Assembly: GCA_965242605.1 (NCBI GenBank)
Contig: CBDESS010000004.1
Location: 321,157-385,156, forward strand
Source: an uncultured Candidatus Binatia bacterium
Lineage (GTDB): Bacteria > Desulfobacterota > Binatia > Bin18
Direction of reading: 5' to 3'
DNA: 64,000 bases
Positions within the stretch are counted from its first letter, which is position 1; each line of letters opens with the position of its first letter. Positions 37,941 through 47,421 of this stretch are shown one piece after another. The notes beneath the pieces are model-generated. The model was given only the letters and a program-made list of their open reading frames with translations, ran no database searches and had not been told where the DNA came from. The position numbers and the translations under genes are program-made.

Positions 37941-39866
37941 CTAGAGGTCGCTGCTGGCCGTCTGGTTCTTGCCCCCGCTGATGCTGCTCCGCTTCCCGAT
38001 CGCCGTGTTGCCCTGCCCCCCGCTCACACTCGAATAGTCCCCCCGCGCTTCGTTGTCCTGCCCCCCGCTCACGCTCGAATGATCCCCGCTCGCCTCGTTG
38101 TCTTTGCCTCCAACCACGCTCGCATAATCCCCGCTGATGGTGTTCCCTGAACCCACCACCAAGCCACTGTGACCCGAGTAGTCGTGCTCGGGACCAATCA
38201 CCACGTTGTGCGAGCCGGTGCGATCAAGGATGTCATCTGCATCTTCGTTGTAGCCCACGATCAGGTTGCCGCGCCCATTGGTGGTAGCGGTCCGCTTGGT
38301 GGTATGCTCGTTGCGGATGTGGACATTGCAGCCCTTGAAGACTACATCATCTTTGGGCTGGTTGGCCACGGCTTCGGTCGTCAGGCAGGCCAGAGATGGC
38401 GGAAGTTCGGACACGCTGACCACGGTCACGTCTTGGCCGCCGCTGACGCTGGTCGCGCTGCTGGTCGCCGTGTTGCCCCGACCGCCGAGCACGCTGGACG
38501 CCCAGCCACCGGCCCTGTTCCCATTGCCGCCGACCACACTGGAGCTATTACCCAGGGCCCTGTTGACAGCGCCGCCGCTCACGCTGGACCAAGGACCCTG
38601 GGCCGTATTGGTGGTACCCCCGCTCACGCTGGACGCCCCGCCAATGGCCCTGTTGTTGCCACCCCCGCTCACACTGGACGCCTCACCGCGGGCCGTGTTG
38701 TTGTGCCCCCCGCTCACACTGGACGCCCCACCGCGGGCCGTGTTGTTGTACCCCCCGCTCACACTGGACGCGCTGCTAGTCGCCAAGTTGTTGTCACCCC
38801 CACTCACACTGGACGCCCCGCCACCGGCCCTGTTGTTCGAGCCCCCGCTCACGCTGGACGACGTACCGCGGGCCTCGTTGCCGCCACCCCCGCTCACACT
38901 GGAGTGACGACCCAGGGCCCGGTTGCTGGCACCCCCGCTCACACTGGAGTAACGACCCAGGGCCCGGTTCGTCCAGCCCCCGCTCACATTGGAGAGAACA
39001 CCTCTGGCCCTGTTCATCCAGCCCCCGCTCACACTGGAGCCACCGCCGCTGGCCACGTTGTTGACACCCCCGCTCGCACTGGAGTTACCGCCGCGGGCCT
39101 CGTTGTTGGCACCCCCGCTCACGCTCGACGCGCTGCTAGTCGCCAAGTTGTTGTTACCCCCGCTCACACTGGACGCCCAGCCACCGGTCCTGTTGCTGGC
39201 ACCCCCGCTCACACTGGACGCAGAGCCCCGGGCCGCGTTGTTCTGGCCCCCGCTGATGCTGGCCACCGGACCGATGGCCTGGTTGCGATGGCCGCCGAGC
39301 ACGCTGGCCGCATAGCCAGTGGCCGCGTTCAGATGGCCCCCGCTCACACTGGCCGCCCAGCCAGCGGCCGCGTTCTGCCGACCCCCGCTCACGCTGGCCG
39401 CATTGGTATGGCGGAAGATGACGTTATCACTCCCCGCCACCAGCCCCCCAGAACTAGGGTACTGATGATAATTCCCGACCACCAAGTTGTGCGAACCGCC
39501 CCGCCTAGCCGTATCCGCCGTCGGGTGGGTGTTCGCCTCGTTGTAGCCGATAATCAGGTTGCCCAGCCCCAGCGGCTCGGAGCGCCACTTGTTGTCAACG
39601 GTCCGCCCTTTATGCGTCACGCCCGACCCGCTGCGGATATGGACATTGGCCCCGGTGAACACTACATGCGGGCCTTTGAGGCCGTGGTAGGTGCTCGTGG
39701 CCGCAGTCTCGATGACTTGAATGTAGCGGGTCAGCGTGTCGACCTTGGTCTGCAAGGCCGCCATCTGGGTCGCTAGCTCCGCCAGGGTAGGCGTTTGGCC
39801 CCAGCCCGGACTGGCAGCCAGCAGGAAAGCACACAGAGACGAACAACAGAGGATAAGACGCCGCAT
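37941..39866 (-). CDS. Secreted 15-aa-repeat protein, copy F (641 aa)
   Basis: Type-2 middle module combined with a TASSDL end; first unit in transcription order. Confidence 0.88.
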   Translation of the reverse strand: MRRLILCCSSLCAFLLAASPGWGQTPTLAELATQMAALQTKVDTLTRYIQVIETAATSTYHGLKGPHVVFTGANVHIRSGSGVTHKGRTVDNKWRSEPLGLGNLIIGYNEANTHPTADTARRGGSHNLVVGNYHQYPSSGGLVAGSDNVIFRHTNAASVSGGRQNAAAGWAASVSGGHLNAATGYAASVLGGHRNQAIGPVASISGGQNNAARGSASSVSGGASNRTGGWASSVSGGNNNLATSSASSVSGGANNEARGGNSSASGGVNNVASGGGSSVSGGWMNRARGVLSNVSGGWTNRALGRYSSVSGGASNRALGRHSSVSGGGGNEARGTSSSVSGGSNNRAGGGASSVSGGDNNLATSSASSVSGGYNNTARGGASSVSGGHNNTARGEASSVSGGGNNRAIGGASSVSGGTTNTAQGPWSSVSGGAVNRALGNSSSVVGGNGNRAGGWASSVLGGRGNTATSSATSVSGGQDVTVVSVSELPPSLACLTTEAVANQPKDDVVFKGCNVHIRNEHTTKRTATTNGRGNLIVGYNEDADDILDRTGSHNVVIGPEHDYSGHSGLVVGSGNTISGDYASVVGGKDNEASGDHSSVSGGQDNEARGDYSSVSGGQGNTAIGKRSSISGGKNQTASSDL

Positions 39867-40130
39867 TACGCGCTCCTTTCGGCCCCCACAGGGACAAGCG
39901 AGAATAGAATAGAATGGTGCGTTCATAACTGTCTTCCTGCCGGGTTGTCAAGGCGGGGCAGAGGATGGCTTGGCGGCCGGCGGGTTCCCTCTCCTCCTCA
40001 AGACAGAACCCACGCTATTGAATCCACCCGTATCTCCGGCCCTCCCCCTCCGGGGAAGAGACAAGTCCAACCCAGCCTTGCGCCTTGGGGCTGGCCTCTG
40101 TATATGAGGACAGCCGGCGGAGCTCCAGCC

Positions 40131-40712
40131 ATGCAGGCAACACCGACATCACGCCCATCCTTCCGCTTCCTGGTTCTCCTCGTCGCTGTGCTCGGCGTGC
40201 TGACCGCGGTGCATACCCGGGACGATCAAGGCGTGTGGAATGGGGGAAAGGCCGCCTGGTGGGATTTTTACCTTCTTGATCCGGGTCTGACCGGTTGGGG
40301 TAACGCGCCCCGCCAGCCGGTCGCTTTCAGCCATGCCCTGCACGCCGGGTACGGACTTGACTGCCTGTACTGCCACAGTGCCGCCCGCATCTCACCCCAG
40401 GCCGGTATTCCGCCCCTCGCAACGTGTATCGGCTGCCACAAAAGAGCTACAGACAAGCCCGAGCTGCTCAAGGTGCAGGACTACTGGCAACGCCAAGAGC
40501 CCATCCCCTGGTTGCGGGTGCATACGCTGCCCCTTTTTACCCGCTTCACCCACAAGCGGCATATCCGGGCCGGCGTTGAGTGTCATAGCTGTCACGGCCA
40601 AGTGGACCGGATGGAGCGGGTTGAGCAGGTCTCTTCGCTGAAAATGGGCTGGTGTGTGACGTGTCACGAGGCCCAGCGGGCGGACAAAGACTGTCTGGTA
40701 TGCCATTATTGA
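40131..40712 (+). CDS. actA: Alternative complex III pentaheme cytochrome c subunit
   Basis: N-terminal TM helix, QPVAFSHALH, five CxxCH (CLYCH, CIGCH, CHSCH, CVTCH, CLVCH), LKMGWC; start uncertain (40104 or 40131). Confidence 0.88.
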   Translation: MQATPTSRPSFRFLVLLVAVLGVLTAVHTRDDQGVWNGGKAAWWDFYLLDPGLTGWGNAPRQPVAFSHALHAGYGLDCLYCHSAARISPQAGIPPLATCIGCHKRATDKPELLKVQDYWQRQEPIPWLRVHTLPLFTRFTHKRHIRAGVECHSCHGQVDRMERVEQVSSLKMGWCVTCHEAQRADKDCLVCHY

Positions 40713-40733
40713 GCCACACCACGGGTTGTACGC

Positions 40734-43700
40734 ATGGGAATTGATCGCCGAAATTTTCTCAAACTGCTTGGCCTCGGCTCAACCGCGCCGCTGGTCAGCT
40801 GTGCCGCGGAGCCGGTCGAGACAATCATTCCCTATGTGATTCAGCCCGAGGACATCGTGCCTGGGCTTGCCAGCTACTACGCCACCACCTGCCGGGAATG
40901 TCCGGCCGGCTGCGGCATGGTGGTCCGTACCCGCGAGGGCCGGGCAGTCAAAGCCGAGGGCAACCCGTCCCACCCGGTCAACGCCGGTGCCTTGTGCGCC
41001 CGTGGCCAGGCGGCACTGCAAGGACTGTATAATCCAGACCGGATTCGCCAACCGCTGGCCCGGGACGCGGCCGGGACCCTGCGGGCGGTCTCGTGGCAAG
41101 ACGCCCGGCAGACCCTCGTGGACAAGCTCCAGGCCCTCCGCGCCCAAGACCGGCTGGCGCAGACGGCGTTTCTGGCCAGCCCGCTCGGCGACAGTCTGCA
41201 TGGCCTGGTGAGCCAGTGGCTGGGCCGGCTCGGCTCGCAGCGGCTGACCATCTATGAACCGTTTGCCTATGAGTCGCTGCGCCGGGCGAGTGAACTCTGT
41301 TTTAATCGCCCCACACCCAGCTATGCGATAGACAAGGCCCGGTTTCTGGTCGGCTTTGGCGCGGACTTTCTGGAGACGTGGCGCTCTCCGGTCGAGTACG
41401 CCAGGGCGTTTGGCACAATGCGCGGCAACCACGGCCGCTTTGTGCAGCTTGAGCCGCGCTTGTCGCAAACCGGTGCAAACGCCGATACCTGGGTCAGTAT
41501 TCAGGCCGGCAGAGAGGCGTTTGTGGCCCTCGGCATGGCCCGGATCATTGTCGAGGAAAAGCTCACCAGCGCCGTGTCAGCCGCCGAGGGGCAAAAACTC
41601 AGCGCCCTGCTGGCACCCTATTCGCCGCGGCGCGTTGCCGAGCTGAGCGGCGTGCCGGCTTGGCGGATTCAAAGCCTGGCCCGCGACTTTGCGGCTCAAC
41701 GGCCGAGCCTGGCACTCGGGAGCGGGGTGGCAACAAGCTCACGTCAGGCGACGGCCAGTCAGGTGGCCGTCCTGGTACTGAACCATGTGGCCGGCAATAT
41801 CGGTCAGACCGTCCTGTTTGAAGCCGATGACAGCCCCGGTCAGGCGCATCCCTATACCTCGCTCCAAGCCCTCATCAGCGCGATGGAGGACGGGCATGTC
41901 GCGCTCCTGCTGCTGGCCCATACCAACCCGGTCTTTAGCGCGCCCCGGGCCAGCGGATTTGCCAAAGCCCTTGAGCGGGTCCCGTTTATCGTCAGCTTCT
42001 CGTCTTTTCTTGATGAGACGACCGAGCGGGCCGACCTTGTGCTGCCCGACCACAGCCCGCTGGAGAGCTGGGGCGACAGCAGCCCACGGCCCGGCGTCCA
42101 CACCCTGACGCAGCCGGTTATGGCCCCGGTATTCGACACCCGGCCAATGGGCGATGTCTTGCTCTCAGTGACCGCCCAACTTCAGACGGCTCCAGCTCAG
42201 ACACCGGCAGCGTCAGAACCCAACGAGGAGGTCTCAGCTTCCCAGCCGTGGAACAGCTTCCATGCGTATCTCCAGGACTCGTGGACAACGATTCACCAGC
42301 AGGCCGTACATGGGGCAGAGACCGATTTTGATACCTTCTGGCGCGAGGCTGTGCGGCGCGGAGGCTACTGGGAAGCGGCCCAGCCGATAGCGGTTGAGCT
42401 GTCGCCGGCCGTCTACGCCCAGACATTTGAGATAGCGGAACTGTCCGGCCCGCCAGACTCCTCCCTGCCCCTCATGCTGTATCCGTCCTCACGCTATTTT
42501 GATGGACGGGGGGCCAACAAGCCCTGGCTGCAAGAACTGCCCGACCCAATGACCAAGGCGGTATGGGACTCCTGGATCGATATCCATCCCCAGACCGCGG
42601 CCCGGCTCGGCATCGAGGACGGCGACGTGCTGATCCTGCGCACGCCCCACGGCCGGCTTGAAGCCCCGGCCTCCCTCTACCCCCACATGCAGCCGGAGCT
42701 GCTGGCCATGCCGATCGGTCAGGGCCACACCGGCTACGGCCGCTACGCGACCGGCCGCGGGGCCAACCCGATTCACCTGTTGCCGGCCGGTGCCGAGACC
42801 GAGGCCGGGGGCTTGGCCTGGTTCTCGACCCGGGTGCAAATCGCCCCGGCCGGACGCCGGCAGCCCCTCGTCACCACGGCCGGCAGTCACACCCAACTCG
42901 GCCGCGGCATCGCCCAATCCATCACGGCCGCGGCCCTGGCCGAGCAGGCCAAGGCCGACCCTGGCCCACGGTCTGGCGAGAGTCACGGCCACGGCATGTA
43001 CCCCGAGCTGAACTACGAACACTACCGCTGGGGCATGACGGTTGACCTGTCGGCCTGCACCGGGTGCGGGGCGTGTGTGACGGCCTGCTACGCCGAGAAC
43101 AATATCCCGACGGTCGGCAAAGAGGCCGTAGCCCAGGGGCGGGAGATGGCCTGGCTGCGGATTGAGCGCTATTTTGCCGATACCTCGCCCCGGCACTGGG
43201 ACCCCGACGCCCCGCCGGTGTCCTTTGCGCCCATGCTGTGTCAGCAGTGCGGCAACGCTCCGTGCGAGCCGGTGTGCCCGGTGTACGCCACCTATCATAG
43301 TCCAGAGGGTCTCAACGCCCAGGTCTACAACCGGTGTGTCGGCACCCGCTATTGCTCAAACAACTGCCCCTACAAAGTGCGCCGCTTCAACTGGTCGCAG
43401 GCCGGGTGGCCCGAACCGCTCCACCTCCAACTGAACCCCGACGTGACCGTGCGAGAAGCCGGGGTGATGGAGAAGTGTACCTTCTGCGTCCAGCGGATTC
43501 AGGCGGGCAAAGATCGGGCCAAAGACGAAAACCGCCCGGTCCGGGACGGCGAGATCACCCCGGCCTGCGCCCAGACGTGTCCAACCCGGGCGATTCGCTT
43601 TGGCAACCTGCAAGACCCCCAGAGCGCCGTCTCACAGCACCGCCAGGACCCGCGCGCCTACGCCGTCTTGGACCACCTCAACACCAAACCCGCGGTGAGC

Positions 43701-43736
43701 TACCTCAAAAGAGTCATCAGGCGCGGAGGCGGCTGA
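40734..43736 (+). CDS. actB: Alternative complex III subunit B (molybdopterin-oxidoreductase-like plus Fe-S domain)
   Basis: Tat motif DRRNFLK, YYATTCRECPAGCG, KAEGNPSHP, C-terminal CTGCGACVTAC, CQQCGNAPCEPVCP, CVGTRYCSNNCPY, EKCTFCVQRI. Confidence 0.92.
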   Translation: MGIDRRNFLKLLGLGSTAPLVSCAAEPVETIIPYVIQPEDIVPGLASYYATTCRECPAGCGMVVRTREGRAVKAEGNPSHPVNAGALCARGQAALQGLYNPDRIRQPLARDAAGTLRAVSWQDARQTLVDKLQALRAQDRLAQTAFLASPLGDSLHGLVSQWLGRLGSQRLTIYEPFAYESLRRASELCFNRPTPSYAIDKARFLVGFGADFLETWRSPVEYARAFGTMRGNHGRFVQLEPRLSQTGANADTWVSIQAGREAFVALGMARIIVEEKLTSAVSAAEGQKLSALLAPYSPRRVAELSGVPAWRIQSLARDFAAQRPSLALGSGVATSSRQATASQVAVLVLNHVAGNIGQTVLFEADDSPGQAHPYTSLQALISAMEDGHVALLLLAHTNPVFSAPRASGFAKALERVPFIVSFSSFLDETTERADLVLPDHSPLESWGDSSPRPGVHTLTQPVMAPVFDTRPMGDVLLSVTAQLQTAPAQTPAASEPNEEVSASQPWNSFHAYLQDSWTTIHQQAVHGAETDFDTFWREAVRRGGYWEAAQPIAVELSPAVYAQTFEIAELSGPPDSSLPLMLYPSSRYFDGRGANKPWLQELPDPMTKAVWDSWIDIHPQTAARLGIEDGDVLILRTPHGRLEAPASLYPHMQPELLAMPIGQGHTGYGRYATGRGANPIHLLPAGAETEAGGLAWFSTRVQIAPAGRRQPLVTTAGSHTQLGRGIAQSITAAALAEQAKADPGPRSGESHGHGMYPELNYEHYRWGMTVDLSACTGCGACVTACYAENNIPTVGKEAVAQGREMAWLRIERYFADTSPRHWDPDAPPVSFAPMLCQQCGNAPCEPVCPVYATYHSPEGLNAQVYNRCVGTRYCSNNCPYKVRRFNWSQAGWPEPLHLQLNPDVTVREAGVMEKCTFCVQRIQAGKDRAKDENRPVRDGEITPACAQTCPTRAIRFGNLQDPQSAVSQHRQDPRAYAVLDHLNTKPAVSYLKRVIRRGGG

Positions 43737-43761
43737 ACGCCCAGCGGCCCACCCCTGCGGC

Positions 43762-45633
43762 ATGGAAACCACGCCCCTCAGCTATCGCCAAGTCAACCGC
43801 GACCTGCTCCATCAGGTCTTCTCAGCCCCGGCCATACCCTGGTCACTCCTGTTGGCCGGTGATCTGGCGGTCCTGGCCTTTGGCCTGTACTGCTGGCGAT
43901 ACCAGCTTGAGGCCGGGCTGGGGGTAACGGGCTTGAACCACCCGGTGAGCTGGGGCGTGTATATCACGAATTTTGTGTTCTGGGTCGGCATTGCTCACTC
44001 CGGGACCCTGATCTCCGCGGTCTTATTTCTGTTCCGGGCCCGCTGGCGCACGTCTATCGCCAGGAGTGCGGAAGCGATGACGATTTTTGCGGTAATGACC
44101 GCCGCCCTCTTCCCCATTATCCACCTGGGCCGGGCGTGGAACTTTTACTGGCTGCTGCCGTATCCGAATCAGCGTCAGTTGTGGGTCAATTTCCAGTCTC
44201 CGCTGGTCTGGGACGCCTTTGCGATTAGCACCTATTTCGCGGTCAGCGTTATGTTCTGGTACATCGGTCTGATCCCCGACCTGGCCGCTGTCCGTGACCG
44301 GGCCCGCGGCCTGCGCCGCACCCTCTACGGCCTGCTGTCCTTGGGCTGGCAGGGCACGAACCGCCAGTGGCTCCACTATCTCAGCGCCTACGGTTTTTTT
44401 GCCGCCCTGGCCACCCCGCTCGTCGTCTCGGTCCACAGCGTGGTGTCGTGGGACTTTGCTATGGCCCTGGTGCCGGGCTGGCACAGCACGATTTTCGCCC
44501 CCTACTTTGTGGCCGGGGCGATTTTCTCGGGTCTGGCCATGGTCCTGACGCTGCTGATTCCGCTGCGGCGGCTCTTTGGTCTGGAGGCGTATATTACCGC
44601 TGCCCACTTCGATAATCTGGGCAAACTGATCATCCTGACCTCGCTGATCCTCAGCTACGCCTATGTCAGCGAGGTCTTCATTGCCTGGTATAGCGGCAAT
44701 CCGTTTGAACGTGCCATCTTCTGGTATCGGGCGTTTGGCGATTACGGCCGCCTCTTCTGGCTCATGGTCTTTTGCAACTGCCTTGTGCCCATGCTGCTGT
44801 GGGTGCGCTCAATTCGGACCCATACGCTGTGGCTGTTCGGCATTGCGCTGCTGATCAACATCGGGATGTGGCTGGAGCGCTTTGTCATTATTGTCTCGTC
44901 GCTGGCCCACGAGTTTAACCCGTCGGCCTGGGGCGTGTACCAGCCGTCATGGGTCGAGGTCGGCATCACCGCTGGCAGCTTTGCCTGGTTCTTCCTGTGG
45001 TTTCTGCTGTTCATCAAGTTTCTGCCGCTGGTCTCACTGGCCGAGGTCAAAGAGCATTTGCCCCCGCCGGCCGACCTTCCGCCGACCGGACCGGACCGGG
45101 AGGCAGCGAGGCCGACGCTGACCGGACACGGGAGCAGAGCGGTGGGAGTTTTCTCTCAGCTCGACAGCCTGCTTGCGGCCGTCACCCATCTCCGCCGGCG
45201 CGGCTACAGCCACCTCAGCGTCGTCTCGCCCTTTCCCGTCCCCGAAATCCAACGCGCGTTTGGCGCGCCCACCAGCCCGGTCCGCTATTATACCCTGGCC
45301 GGCGGCCTGCTAGGAGCGTGCCTAGGCTTTGGTCTGCCAATCTATACGGCCCTGGACTGGCCGCTCCAGACCGGCGGCAAACCGATTATCGGGCTGCCGT
45401 CGTTTGCCATTATCGGCTTTGAAATGACCATCCTGTTTGGCGCGCTGGCGACCCTGCTCGGCCTCTTGCTGCACGCCCGACTGCCGGCTCGGCCGGTCGC
45501 AATCAGTCAAGACCCGCGGTTTTCAGAAGACCGCTTTGGGCTGTGTGTCGCCTGTACAGACGCACAGCTGAGCGCGGTCAAGGACAGCCTCACCTCGAGC
45601 GGTGCCCAGGACGTGTATGGCCAAGGTGGATAA
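43762..45633 (+). CDS. actC: Alternative complex III ActC (NrfD family) fused to ActD (DUF3341)
   Basis: WGVYITNFVFWVGIAHSGTLISA, SVHSVVSWDFA, WHSTIFAPYFVAGAIFSG, then in frame VGVFSQLD...SPFPVPEI...GGKPIIGLPSF...FEMTILFG. Confidence 0.88.
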   Translation: METTPLSYRQVNRDLLHQVFSAPAIPWSLLLAGDLAVLAFGLYCWRYQLEAGLGVTGLNHPVSWGVYITNFVFWVGIAHSGTLISAVLFLFRARWRTSIARSAEAMTIFAVMTAALFPIIHLGRAWNFYWLLPYPNQRQLWVNFQSPLVWDAFAISTYFAVSVMFWYIGLIPDLAAVRDRARGLRRTLYGLLSLGWQGTNRQWLHYLSAYGFFAALATPLVVSVHSVVSWDFAMALVPGWHSTIFAPYFVAGAIFSGLAMVLTLLIPLRRLFGLEAYITAAHFDNLGKLIILTSLILSYAYVSEVFIAWYSGNPFERAIFWYRAFGDYGRLFWLMVFCNCLVPMLLWVRSIRTHTLWLFGIALLINIGMWLERFVIIVSSLAHEFNPSAWGVYQPSWVEVGITAGSFAWFFLWFLLFIKFLPLVSLAEVKEHLPPPADLPPTGPDREAARPTLTGHGSRAVGVFSQLDSLLAAVTHLRRRGYSHLSVVSPFPVPEIQRAFGAPTSPVRYYTLAGGLLGACLGFGLPIYTALDWPLQTGGKPIIGLPSFAIIGFEMTILFGALATLLGLLLHARLPARPVAISQDPRFSEDRFGLCVACTDAQLSAVKDSLTSSGAQDVYGQGG

Positions 45634-46165
45634 ACCCCGCTCCTCGCACGCTACCGGGGCGAAGTGGGGTCTGGCGTGCCTGCTCGGAGCCGCGGCGCTA
45701 GTCCTGAGCATTCAGCCCGGCCACAGTCTGCCGTGGAACACCGACATGTACGGCCAGCCCGGGCTCGCAGCCGGCACGGCCCCGCAGGCCCCACCGGCCC
45801 ACACCGTCCCGACGACCGGTGCTGAGCCGCCCGGGTCGGCGCGGATATCGGCGCGGCTCAGGACCGGTCTGCGCCTGACAAACCCGAGGCCGGCCTCAGC
45901 CGAATCCCTGGCCAGCGGCAAAGCCCTGTTTCAGGTCTACTGCACGGCCTGCCACGGCCCCTCCGGCAGAGGTGACGGCCCGGTCGTGGGCAGGGGCATT
46001 CCGTCGTCAGACCTTCATGCCGCGCGCATCACAGGACAGAAAGACGGCTATCTGTACGCCACGGTTCGCAGCGGCGGCATCATCATGCCCGGCTATGGCC
46101 ACGCGCTGTCCATCACAGAGCGCTGGGACATTGTGAACTACCTCCGTCACCTCCAGGGACAATGA
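45617..46165 (+). CDS. actE: Alternative complex III monoheme cytochrome c subunit
   Basis: TDMYGQP, PPAHTVP, YCTACHGPSGRGDG, MPGYG...ERWDIVNYLRHLQ. Confidence 0.85.
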   Translation: MAKVDKPRSSHATGAKWGLACLLGAAALVLSIQPGHSLPWNTDMYGQPGLAAGTAPQAPPAHTVPTTGAEPPGSARISARLRTGLRLTNPRPASAESLASGKALFQVYCTACHGPSGRGDGPVVGRGIPSSDLHAARITGQKDGYLYATVRSGGIIMPGYGHALSITERWDIVNYLRHLQGQ

Positions 46166-47421
46166 GCACGCCAGCCACACCTCGCTCCGGGCCGGCCATC
46201 CCCGCCCAGTCCGCCCGGCTGGCCAGGCTGCTATGGGCCTGTGTCGGCCTCGGCGTGGTGGCCTTTGGGCTGGGCGTCTGGATAAGCCCCCAGCGCACCT
46301 GGCAGGCCTATCTGGTCAACTGGCTCTTCTGGTCGGGCGTGGCGCTGAGCGGCATGACGTTTGCCGCCATCTTACACTTGGTCAACGCGCAGTGGGCCGG
46401 CCCACTGCGCCGCCTGGCCGAGGCCATGGCCGCCTGGCTCCCGATCTCTTTGGGGCTGTTTATCCTGCTGGCGTTTGGCACGGCCTATCTGTTCCCGTGG
46501 CTCCACGAACCGGTCAAAGCCAGACAGCCCTGGCTGGATACGGGTTTTGTCTTGTTCCGCAATTTTTGCGCCCTGGCCGTCCTGTACACCCTGAGCCTGG
46601 TCTTTGTGTATTACTCACTGCGGCCTCAGGCCGACCGTCTTCCTGCCCAGACGCATCGCTGGCTGGCGGCCGGCCTCGAGATGCTGCGCCGCGACTGGCA
46701 TGACACGGAGACCGAGCAGGCCCGCAGCCGGCGGGTCCTGGGGCTGCTCTCGCCGGTCTTTCTGGTGCTGTATGCGGTGCTGTTCAGCCTGATTGGCTTT
46801 GACTTAGTGATGTCGCTTGACCCGCACTGGGTCAGCACCCTGTTTGGTGCTTTCTGGTGCGTCGGCAATCTTTATGCCGGACTCGCGGTCCTCATGGTCG
46901 GGGCGCTTGGGGCACACAAACTCGGCCTCCAGGCGTTGCCCACGGCCGCCGAGTCGCACGACCTGGGCAAGCTGATTTTTGGCTTTTGCCTTCTGTGGAC
47001 GTATCTGTTCTGGTGCCACTATTTGCCGATCTGGTACGCCAACCTTCCAGAAGAAACCGGCTTTGTGCTGCTGCGGCTGGCCTCCCAACCGTGGGCGGCG
47101 GTGAGCTTGGGCGTGCTGACGCTGAACTTTCTGATTCCGTTGCCGGCCCTCCTCAGCCGGCACGTCAAGCAACGGCCAACAGCCCTCGCCGGCTTGGGAC
47201 TTGGGGTTGGGCTGGGCATGTGGCTGGAGCGCTATGTGCTTGTCGTTCCGTCCCTGTGGCAGCCCGCCAGCCTGCCCTTGGGCGTCTTGGAGTTGTGTCT
47301 GCTGGCCGGATTTTCCGGCAGCTATGCCCTGGCCTTTCTGGGCTTTGTCCGGGTCTTTGTCCCGGCTGACCGACAGCCCTACGACGCCGGCAGGGCAAAC
47401 ACCACCAGCGCGCTGCCCTGA
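46162..47421 (+). CDS. actF: Alternative complex III membrane subunit F
   Basis: Polytopic; MSLDPHWVSTLFG, HDLGKLIFGF, YLPIWYANLPEET. Confidence 0.87.
   Translation: MSTPATPRSGPAIPAQSARLARLLWACVGLGVVAFGLGVWISPQRTWQAYLVNWLFWSGVALSGMTFAAILHLVNAQWAGPLRRLAEAMAAWLPISLGLFILLAFGTAYLFPWLHEPVKARQPWLDTGFVLFRNFCALAVLYTLSLVFVYYSLRPQADRLPAQTHRWLAAGLEMLRRDWHDTETEQARSRRVLGLLSPVFLVLYAVLFSLIGFDLVMSLDPHWVSTLFGAFWCVGNLYAGLAVLMVGALGAHKLGLQALPTAAESHDLGKLIFGFCLLWTYLFWCHYLPIWYANLPEETGFVLLRLASQPWAAVSLGVLTLNFLIPLPALLSRHVKQRPTALAGLGLGVGLGMWLERYVLVVPSLWQPASLPLGVLELCLLAGFSGSYALAFLGFVRVFVPADRQPYDAGRANTTSALP

Larger units (their letters stand above)
25765..39957 (-). repeat. Tandem array of 8 paralogous units (6 intact genes, 2 deleted remnants), each with a ~200-bp conserved intergenic module
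   Basis: Near-identical 5' ends, intergenic blocks and 45-nt coding repeats (core CCCCGCTCAC[AG]CT) recur throughout; homology ends near 25765 and 39957. Confidence 0.95.

Noticed and set aside
26490-39400. CRISPR array suggested by the recurring CCCCGCTCAC core at a regular 45-nt period
   Set aside because: The repeats are in-frame codons for SVSGG within long ORFs, the spacers conserve N/A/G codons, and no cas genes are present
26371-39776. Long plus-strand ORFs rich in PAHAG or PPLTL repeats (e.g. 26371-27732, 31071-32723, 32861-34969, 38169-39776)
   Set aside because: Antisense shadows of GC-rich coding repeats; no RBS, signal peptide or independent motifs, while the minus strand has all three
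25840-39866. Classical trimeric autotransporter adhesins (YadA/Hia)
   Set aside because: No C-terminal beta-barrel anchor ending in an aromatic residue; tails are short and acidic or polar, so the export and anchoring route is unknown
25765-39957. Diversity-generating retroelement or shufflon driving array variation
   Set aside because: No reverse transcriptase or site-specific recombinase in the window, no template/variable repeat pair with adenine-specific differences was apparent, and all units face the same way
40734-43736. Catalytic molybdoenzyme (nitrate, formate or DMSO reductase)
   Set aside because: Gene order and fused Fe-S domain identify ActB, whose molybdopterin-oxidoreductase-like domain is known to lack the cofactor
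47379-47421. Functional significance of the 43-nt convergent actF/ADH2 overlap
   Set aside because: Short 3' overlaps are common in GC-rich genomes; the actF tail looks like low-complexity run-on
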